Shown here: piece by piece, positions 57,135-64,000 of the stretch
How positions within the stretch are numbered: the first letter of the stretch is position 1
Layout of the letters: every line of letters begins with the position of its first letter
Assembly: GCA_965250285.1 (NCBI GenBank)
Contig: OZ252299.1
Location: forward strand, 2,432,001 to 2,496,000
DNA length: 64,000 bases
From: Myxococcota bacterium
GTDB lineage: Bacteria > Myxococcota_A > UBA9160 > UBA4427
Reading direction: 5' to 3'
Notes under the pieces: generated by a model
Database searches by the model: none
The model's input: only the letters and a program-made list of their open reading frames with translations
Told to the model about the DNA's origin: nothing
Made by a program: the position numbers and the translations under genes

Positions 57135-57926
57135 GTGAACCTCATCGACCTGACGCGCAGGCTCGACGCCGCCGATGCCGAACGCATCCCGAAGGTCGCG
57201 CGGCCAGCGGCGACGGTGCTCGTGCCCGAGGTGATCGTGCGGAACGACCCCGCCGTCGAAGGCGCGGAGCAACTCTGCGCCATCTTCGGGTGCACGCGGG
57301 AAGACCTGCCGGACGGCGAGGGCTGGGGCGACGAGCGCATCCAGATCAACACGCATCTCGGCACACACGTCGACGCCCCCCTGCACTACGGCACGACCTG
57401 TGAGGGGGCGCCCTCGCGGACCATCGGCGACATTGGGCTCGAGGAGCTCTACTGCGACGGCATCGTGCTCGACGTCCGTGAGGACGCGAAGCCCGGCGAG
57501 GGCATCTCGGTCGAAGCGCTGAAGCGCGCCGTCCATCGGAGCGGCGCCGAGATCGGGCCGGGCACCGCCGCGCTCATTCGCACCGGACAGGAGCGCTACG
57601 ACCTCGACGATCCCGAGTTCTACTGGTACCCGGGGATGACCCGTGCGGGCACCCTCTTCCTGGCTGAGCTCGGCGCCAAGGTGTTGGGGACGGACGCCGT
57701 GGGCTGGGATCGCCCCCTCATGGAGATGCGCCGCGCCTTTCAAGAGTCTGGCGATGCGAGCGAGATCTGGGACGGTCACTTCGCCGGGCGCGACCGCGAG
57801 GTCTTCATCGTGCAGCAGCTCGCCAACCTCGCCTCGGTGCCGACTTCCGGCTTCAAGGTCGGGTTTTTCCCGCTCGCCCTCGCCGGCCTCAGCGCATCGC
57901 CCGCGCGGGTCGTCGCGTTCGTCTGA
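57135..57926 (+). CDS. Cyclase family metal-dependent hydrolase (kynurenine formamidase-like)
   Basis: HLGTHVDAPLH motif, LIRTG and SASPARVVA; GAGGAG RBS before GTG. Confidence 0.92.
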   Translation: MNLIDLTRRLDAADAERIPKVARPAATVLVPEVIVRNDPAVEGAEQLCAIFGCTREDLPDGEGWGDERIQINTHLGTHVDAPLHYGTTCEGAPSRTIGDIGLEELYCDGIVLDVREDAKPGEGISVEALKRAVHRSGAEIGPGTAALIRTGQERYDLDDPEFYWYPGMTRAGTLFLAELGAKVLGTDAVGWDRPLMEMRRAFQESGDASEIWDGHFAGRDREVFIVQQLANLASVPTSGFKVGFFPLALAGLSASPARVVAFV

Positions 57927-57980
57927 AAGCCCTTGCCCGCGGTCGGCGCCGGCAGACGGCGCCCCGCATCGAGGTGGGTC

Positions 57981-59129
57981 ATGCCCGAGGTCAGCGAGAA
58001 AATTCCCGAACGACTCCGGCCGCGCGTCGACGCGGCGGTTGCCTGGTTCAATGACACCGAGCAGTCGGCGGGCGCCGAGTTCGAGGTGACGGGCATCCTC
58101 GACGCAGACGCGGCCCTGGCTGGCTCGAACGAGCTGCGGCTGATCCTCTGCGGCGGCGACCGATGCGAGCAGCGCTCGTTCACGGTCACCGGCAACGACG
58201 GTGCGTGGGCGGTCGCGTTCGCCGAGAACGCACCGACCCCTCCAGAGGGGCAGCCCCAGGCCGAGCTCGACCCGCCGCCAGGCCCGCGACTCCGGTGGCT
58301 CGACGAAAAGCTCGGGCAGCACGCCTTCATCGTCCTGCTCTTCTACCGGGGCTTCTGGTGACCGCCCTGTCGCTCCGAGTTGCGGAGCTACGTTGAGCAA
58401 GGAGTCGTCGACCGCATCCGAAGCGCGGGCGGGGAGATCTACGCCATCTCGAGTGAACCGCAGCAGCTGGCCGACCGCGCCCATGACGACTGGGCGCTCG
58501 ACTTCGAGAACGTCGGCGACCCACATCAGGAAATCTCACGCACCTGCAGCGAACGCGGCTGGCTGACGCTCTACGCAAACCAGGGCAGCCTGGCGTTTCT
58601 GCAGCGGGGCGCGAGCTGGAAGATCGAGCATCCGAAGGGGTACTTTCAACCCGGGGTGCTAGCGGTGACACGCGAGGGACGCGTGCTGTACCGATGGCGC
58701 TCCGTGCCGTCGGCCGAGAACATGCAGGGAACGCTCGCGCGGCCCACCGCGAGGCACGCATGGGGTGCCATCGAGCGGGCGCTCGAAGCGGGAGGAGCGA
58801 TCGGCGACGCAGCGCTCGACGACGATCCCGAGGTCGACTCGAAGCCCGCACCGCGCCCCCTCTTCATTGCCGCCCTGTTGGCGAACGGATGGTTTCTTCG
58901 GGTCAAGTCGCTGGTGTACTCACCCGGCGCGAAGACGGGGGCCCAGCGCTTTCCGGCCCTGCTCGCGCGCTGGCTGCTCTTCTTCGCGTTCTGGGCCGTG
59001 GCGTTCGCGCTGCTTCCGATCCCGCCGGTCGCACTCGCCTTCGCGGGCTGGATCCTCTGGGTGCGACGAGACATCCGGCGAATGCTCGGTGGCGCGAGCG
59101 TGCAGAAGGAGCTGGTCCCGGAGCGCTGA
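57981..59129 (+). CDS. Probable selenoprotein: unknown N-terminal domain + AhpC/TSA-like (peroxiredoxin-like) domain with UxxC + C-terminal TM hairpin (382 aa, Sec127)
   Basis: In-frame TGA at 58359-58361 reads IVLLFYRGFW-U-PPCRSEL. The frame continues through GGEIYAISSE, NVGDP and QPGVLAV to the stop at 59129, and a SECIS-like hairpin follows the TGA. Confidence 0.85.
58372..58388 (+). promoter_or_regulatory. Putative bacterial SECIS element
   Basis: GCTCCG-AGTTG-CGGAGC hairpin. The stem starts 11 nt after the UGA, the loop is 16 nt after it, and the loop has G at position 2 followed by U. Confidence 0.7.
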
Positions 59130-59150
59130 GCCGCGGGGCAGACGTCGAAC

Positions 59151-60635
59151 ATGCCGCCGGATCCGACTCGCCCCATGCCCGCCCCGCCCGAAGAAGATGC
59201 ATCCCGGAGCGACGCGCATCGGCTGCCGCTTCGCACCAAGACAGCCTTCGGTGTAGGCGGCATCGCAGAGGGTGCACTCAGCATCGCGTTCTCGACGTTC
59301 GCGATGCTCTTCTATCGCAATCAGCTCGATCTCTCGGGCACCCTGGCCGGCATCGCGCTCACGATCGCGCTCGTGTTCGATGCGATCTCCGATCCGCTGG
59401 TCGGCTCGGTCTCGGACCGGGTGCGGACGCGACTCGGACGGCGTCACCCCTTCCTGTTCATTGCACCGATCCCGCTCGGTGCCTGTTTCACGGCGATCTT
59501 CATGCCGCCGGAGGGTCTCGGGACCGCGGGGCTGTTTCTCTGGCTGACGGGCTTCTCGATCCTGATGCGGACGTTCCTGACCTTCTATCAGGTGCCGCAT
59601 CTCGCGCTCGGAGCCGAGCTGTCGCCGAACTATCTCGAGCGGACGCGCGTCATGAGCCACAACGCGATCTACCAGCTCGTGGGCGGCGCATCGACGTTCT
59701 TCCTCGGCTGGACGTGGTTCGGATCGGTCGAGGGGGGCGTCGCATCACGCAGCGCGTTCGGCGTGATGGCAGCCGGCGTCGCGATCGCTTCGGCGCTGGC
59801 GATCCTGGCATCGGCGTTCTTCACCCGAGACCGGATCCCGACCCTCTACGTTCCGCCCGTCGATCATCACGGCTTCTCGATGGCGTCGCTGACCGCCGAG
59901 ATCGCGGACTGCCTCAGGAACCGCAACTACGTCATGCTCCTCCTGGGGCTCGTCTGCCTCGGCGCGATGGCCGGCCTGCGTGAGAACCTCACGAGCTTCA
60001 TGAACCTGTTCTTCTGGGAGCTCCCCGAAGACAAGATTCGGTGGATGGCCACGGCATCACCGCCGAGCTTCATCCTGGCGTTCATCGTGACCACCCGACT
60101 GCACGCGCGGATCGACAAGCGCGAGACGATGCGGGGCGCCATCGTCATCGTGATGCTGGCGGGCTTCCTGCCGGTCTTGTTTCGCTTCGTCGGCCTCTTT
60201 CCCGAGAACGGCTCGTCCGCCCTCTTCCCGCTTCTGCTCGCAAGCGTCTTCTGCTTCTACACGGGCGTGGCCATCCTCACCATCACCGTCATGTCGGCGC
60301 TCGCCGATGTCGCGGACGAGCACGAGCTCAGAACGGGGCGCCGGCAGGAGGGCATCTTCTACGCCGCCCGCACGTTCTTCGGGAAGGTCACGACAGCGAT
60401 CGGATCGCTGCTCTCGGGGTTCGGGCTCGATGTCATCGGATTCTCGGCTCACTCCGTGCCCGGCGAGGTGGCAACCGGGGTGATCACCGGCCTCGGCGTG
60501 CTCGACGCGGTGGTGCCCGCCGTGCCCGCCGTGCTGGCGATCTTCTTCTACAGCGCATACGGGATCGACAGACGCACGCACGACGAGATCCGCGCAGCGC
60601 TCGACGCCCGCGCTTCGATTGCCTCCGAGGTGTGA
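59151..60635 (+). CDS. MFS transporter, GPH/MelB-like (MFS_2)
   Basis: DAISDPLVGSVSDRVRTRLGRRHPF, ALGAELSPNYLERT and ADVADEHELRTGRRQEGIFY. Confidence 0.93.
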   Translation: MPPDPTRPMPAPPEEDASRSDAHRLPLRTKTAFGVGGIAEGALSIAFSTFAMLFYRNQLDLSGTLAGIALTIALVFDAISDPLVGSVSDRVRTRLGRRHPFLFIAPIPLGACFTAIFMPPEGLGTAGLFLWLTGFSILMRTFLTFYQVPHLALGAELSPNYLERTRVMSHNAIYQLVGGASTFFLGWTWFGSVEGGVASRSAFGVMAAGVAIASALAILASAFFTRDRIPTLYVPPVDHHGFSMASLTAEIADCLRNRNYVMLLLGLVCLGAMAGLRENLTSFMNLFFWELPEDKIRWMATASPPSFILAFIVTTRLHARIDKRETMRGAIVIVMLAGFLPVLFRFVGLFPENGSSALFPLLLASVFCFYTGVAILTITVMSALADVADEHELRTGRRQEGIFYAARTFFGKVTTAIGSLLSGFGLDVIGFSAHSVPGEVATGVITGLGVLDAVVPAVPAVLAIFFYSAYGIDRRTHDEIRAALDARASIASEV

Positions 60636-60786
60636 TCTCGACGCCGAGCTCGCGCGTGGTCTGGGCGATCGCAGACGCGTCGGCGCACCGGCCCGCCGCG
60701 GACACGACCTCCCTGCACCGGGCCCATTTCAGTACGAAAGTACGAATAATATTGCATATTCTAGTATGATCGTACAATATAGGGCG

Positions 60787-61422
60787 ATGGCACCCGTCCG
60801 ATCCCGCCAGCCTCAGGCCCGCGCGCTCGAGACCCGCGAGCGGCTCGTCGCGAGCGCGCTGCATGAGTTTGCAGAGCGGGGCTTCGGCGGCGCCTCCACA
60901 CGGCACATCACCGAGCGCGCCGGCGTCGCCCTCGCGTCGCTGCCCTACCACTTCAAGACCAAGGACGCGCTCTGGCGAGCCGCAGCCGATCACATCTTCG
61001 GTGTGTTCATCGAACAGTTCACGCGCCGGATCGAGGGCCTCGCCGGCGTCGATCCGCTGACGTGCTTGCGGCTCGTCTTGAGAGACTTCGTCTTCTTCTC
61101 CGCGGCGCATCCCGAGCTCCACCGATTCCTCTTGCAGGACGGCGCGGAGAAGACGGCCCGGCTCGAATGGCTCGTCGAGCGGCACGTGCGGCCGATCCTC
61201 GATCAGCTGCAGCGCCTCTTCGACGACCTGGCCGACACCGGATATCCCGTCGACCGAGATTCGAGCCAGCTCTTCTATCGATTGGTAGGTGCAACTGCGA
61301 CCGCGTTTGCGGCGTCTGCGCAGGTCGAACTGCTGACCGGTCGCGATCCGTTCTCGAAAGCCAGCGTCGAAGCCCATGCCGACGCGATGGTTCGCCTCTT
61401 CTTTCCAGACCCCCCTGCCTAG
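60787..61422 (+). CDS. TetR/AcrR family transcriptional regulator
   Basis: FAERGFGGASTRHITERAGVALASLPYHFKTKDALW. Confidence 0.92.
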   Translation: MAPVRSRQPQARALETRERLVASALHEFAERGFGGASTRHITERAGVALASLPYHFKTKDALWRAAADHIFGVFIEQFTRRIEGLAGVDPLTCLRLVLRDFVFFSAAHPELHRFLLQDGAEKTARLEWLVERHVRPILDQLQRLFDDLADTGYPVDRDSSQLFYRLVGATATAFAASAQVELLTGRDPFSKASVEAHADAMVRLFFPDPPA

Positions 61423-61454
61423 GCGAGCCATTCACGCCATCAGGAGCCCCCATC

Positions 61455-61970
61455 ATGAGACCCGGTCGCCTCCATCACCATGCGTACGTCTCCCGCGATC
61501 TCGAGGCCACGCGGCGATTCTACGAGGACATCGTCGGGCTCCCCCTCGTCGCCACCTGGTGCGAGAACGAGTTCGGCCAGAACTACTGCCATGTCTTCTT
61601 CGAACTCGAAGACGGCAGCGCCCTCGCGTTCTTCCAATTCGAGAAGCCCGACGTCACCGAGGCGCACGCCGCGCTCGCATCGACGTCGCCCTTCGACCAC
61701 GTTGCGCTGACGGCCACCGAGCCGCTTCGGGCCGAGATCGAAGAGCGCGCCGAGCGAGCCGGCCTGGAGACCGTTTTCATCGACCACGGCTACTGCCGTT
61801 CGCTCTACCTTCGCGACCCCGATGGCCTGATCGTCGAGCTGACCGTCGACGCTCTCGACGCGCTCGCCGCCGCTCCCACGCTTCGACGCCGTGCGCATGA
61901 GGAGCTCGAGCGCTGGCTCGCGGGCGACCTGACCGACAACAACGACTTCCGCGCGGCTCGAGAGGCGTAG
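61455..61970 (+). CDS. VOC/glyoxalase family protein
   Basis: LHHHAYV, RFYEDIVGL, DHVAL and SLYLRDPDGLIVEL. Confidence 0.92.
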   Translation: MRPGRLHHHAYVSRDLEATRRFYEDIVGLPLVATWCENEFGQNYCHVFFELEDGSALAFFQFEKPDVTEAHAALASTSPFDHVALTATEPLRAEIEERAERAGLETVFIDHGYCRSLYLRDPDGLIVELTVDALDALAAAPTLRRRAHEELERWLAGDLTDNNDFRAAREA

Positions 61971-61973
61971 GCC

Positions 61974-62636
61974 ATGGAGCTGTCCGGCAAGCGCCTCACC
62001 CTGAGCTTCGACAACGGCCCGTTCCCGGACGTGACGCCGGGGGTGCTCGACGCCCTTTACGAGCGGGGGCTCAAGGCAAGCTTCTTCGTGTGTGGCAAAG
62101 ACGCGCAGGTGCCCGAGCGACGCGAGCTCATGCAGCGCGCTCGCGAAGCGGGGCACTGGCTCGGCAACCACACGCAGAGCCACACCATCGAGCTGGGCAC
62201 GAGCGATGATCCGAGCGTTGCGCATGATGAGATCGCCGCGGCGCAGCACGCGCTCGGTGACTTGAGCGCGCCCGAGCGCTGGTTCCGCCCCTATGGCGGG
62301 GGCGGTGTGATCGGCCCCAACCTGCTCAGCAAGGCCGCGCTCGACCTCCTCTGCGAAGGCGCATTCTCCGTCGTACTCTGGAACAGCGTGCCGCGCGACT
62401 GGGAGGCACCCGACGCGTGGCCCGACGTCGCCCTCGAGCAGATGGCCGTGCAGGACTGGACGCTCATGGTGTTGCACGACATCCCGACGGGTGCCATGAA
62501 GGCCCTGCCCCGCTTGCTCGACGCAGCGCTCGAAGCGGGCGTGGAGATCGTTCAAGCGTTTCCGCCCGAGTGCGTCCCCGTTCTTCGCGGCGTCGCGAAA
62601 CGCCCGCTGAACGACATCGTATCGGGGCTCGACTGA
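61974..62636 (+). CDS. Polysaccharide deacetylase (NodB/CE4) family protein
   Basis: LSFDNGP, GNHTQSH, FRPYG and VLHD. Confidence 0.88.
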   Translation: MELSGKRLTLSFDNGPFPDVTPGVLDALYERGLKASFFVCGKDAQVPERRELMQRAREAGHWLGNHTQSHTIELGTSDDPSVAHDEIAAAQHALGDLSAPERWFRPYGGGGVIGPNLLSKAALDLLCEGAFSVVLWNSVPRDWEAPDAWPDVALEQMAVQDWTLMVLHDIPTGAMKALPRLLDAALEAGVEIVQAFPPECVPVLRGVAKRPLNDIVSGLD

Positions 62637-62696
62637 AGCGGACCCATGGCGAAGAGGCGTCCCGCCCTCTTCGTCGAATCGGAGCATGAAGAACCA

Positions 62697-63527
62697 ATGG
62701 ACGTAGTCGACGTCTTTGCACAGCACCCGACGCCGCGATTCATCTCCGACCCGATCTTCGCCTCGCTGCGACGGTGGACGAAGATGCCCGACCCGGATCC
62801 GAACGTGGCGATCCCCGTCGATGCCACCCTCCGCGCGATGGAGGCCGGCGGCGTGTCGCAGTGCCTCGTCGCGGCCTGGTACGCCCCGCGCAACGTGATG
62901 ATCTCGAACGACGAGGTGGCGTCGTTCGTCGACGCATCCGGCGGGCGACTCGTCGGAGTGGGCTCGGTCGACATCTCGCGTCCGATGGAGGCGGTCGCCG
63001 AGATCCGGCGCTGCGTAAGCGAGCTCGGCTTCAAGGCGATTCGCGTGCTGCCCTGGCTCTGGGAAGCGCCGCCCACCGACCGTCGCTTCTATCCCGTGTA
63101 CGTGGCGTGCGCGGAGCTCGGCGTCCCCTTCTGCACCCAGATCGGCCACACGGGCCCGCTCATGCCTTCGGAGGTCGGCCGCCCGGTGTACCTCGACCAG
63201 GTGGCCCTCGACTTTCCCGAGCTGACGATCGTCGGTGGGCACATCGGCTATCCGTGGACGGACGAAGCGATCGCTGTCGCGACGAAGCACGAGCGCGTCT
63301 ACATCGATACGTCGGCCTACACCGTGCAGCGATACCCGGCCGCGCTCGTGGAATACATGCGGACGAACGGGCGAAAGAAGGTCCTGTTCGGGACCAACTA
63401 CCCGATGATCCTGCCTGCGAAGGCCCTCGAGGGTCTCGACGCGCTCGGCCTCGATGACGAAGGCCGCGCACTGTTCCTGGCGGGCAACGCACGTCGCGTC
63501 TTCGGCCTCGACGAATCGCGCGGCTGA
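62697..63527 (+). CDS. Amidohydrolase_2 family protein
   Basis: QIGHTGP, GGHIGYPW, YIDTSA and VLFGTNYP. Start may be 62646. Confidence 0.9.
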   Translation: MDVVDVFAQHPTPRFISDPIFASLRRWTKMPDPDPNVAIPVDATLRAMEAGGVSQCLVAAWYAPRNVMISNDEVASFVDASGGRLVGVGSVDISRPMEAVAEIRRCVSELGFKAIRVLPWLWEAPPTDRRFYPVYVACAELGVPFCTQIGHTGPLMPSEVGRPVYLDQVALDFPELTIVGGHIGYPWTDEAIAVATKHERVYIDTSAYTVQRYPAALVEYMRTNGRKKVLFGTNYPMILPAKALEGLDALGLDDEGRALFLAGNARRVFGLDESRG

Positions 63528-63671
63528 ACGGGGCGCTTCGACCGCGCTCACCTGCACCCGGGCGGATGACGGACAGCGCCGAGCCGTCCCGACCAACCTT
63601 TGGGCGGGTCGACGCTGGCGACCGAGCCCGATCGCCGGCAAGCTTCACGGGCCCGTTCGAGGAGCTCGACA

Positions 63672-64000
63672 ATGACCCAGGCCCATGCCGATCCGCCCCG
63701 TCCCGCTGCCTGGGTCCCGCCGCTCGAACGCACCGACGGTCAGGCCGCACCGATCGCGGCCAACGAAGGGCTCTCGTACGCTGCCTTCGAGCGCGACGGT
63801 GACGCAGGCACGACGGCCGCCACCGAGGACGCACTGCTGGCCGCCCAGTCGGGCGAAACCCAGGCGCTCCTCGAGTCGATCCAGAGTGCGCCGCCGGGGC
63901 CCGTCGAGACGAAGTGGGGCCTGGGCTTCCGGCGCTTCACCGAGTGCGTCGACTACATCCGCGACCAGGGCATGCAGGCGCCCGAGGGCGGTGCCGTGGT
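63672..64000 (+). CDS. Hypothetical protein, truncated by the window end
   Basis: GAGGAG RBS, ATG 63672, open frame MTQAHADPPRPAAWVPPLE...ETKWGLGFRRFTECVDYIRDQG to the edge. Confidence 0.7.
   Translation, partial: MTQAHADPPRPAAWVPPLERTDGQAAPIAANEGLSYAAFERDGDAGTTAATEDALLAAQSGETQALLESIQSAPPGPVETKWGLGFRRFTECVDYIRDQGMQAPEGGAV

Noticed and set aside
58359..58361. Reading the TGA as a nonsense mutation or as the boundary between two genes
   Set aside because: It falls exactly on the catalytic Cys position, is followed by a SECIS-like hairpin, and the downstream part has no good RBS or start. Recoding is more parsimonious, though not proven.
1..64000. rRNA, tRNA (including selC), transposases, integrases, prophage genes
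   Set aside because: None recognised by eye; a tRNAscan or Infernal run would be needed to exclude small RNAs.

Overview
High-GC bacterial chromosomal window. The gene content (PEP-CTERM protein, DUF3604 triad, many TetR and lipid/xenobiotic oxidoreductases) is compatible with a diderm environmental bacterium, possibly Myxococcota-like; this is inference only. I recognise about 55 CDS and no rRNA, tRNA, CRISPR array or transposase. In order, the blocks are: the end of a DUF58/SpoIIM/RDD locus; a secreted beta-propeller/c-type cytochrome gene and an AurF-like diiron oxygenase sharing an operator next to a TetR; a PpiC-HupE/UreJ-DUF3604 cluster; a PEP-CTERM protein; an ADH/two-BVMO/esterase catabolic cluster; six exported unknown proteins; nitrilase, GntR, sterol desaturase and ZIP genes; an Amt-small ORF-transglutaminase/DUF2126-Anbu operon facing a Cys-less GATase-transglutaminase fusion; a 5'-nucleotidase-like phosphatase; an RsrR-like Rrf2 module; an ABC with degenerate ATPase motifs plus HlyD; a two-component flavin monooxygenase; and a cyclase-Prx-MFS operon. 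The standout is that two ORFs split in the track (57981-58361 and 58380-59129) form one reading frame interrupted by a single TGA in a FYRGFW-U-PPC motif, followed directly by a SECIS-like hairpin. This is a probable membrane-anchored, multi-domain peroxiredoxin-like selenoprotein. Family assignments come from motif recognition, not database searches.
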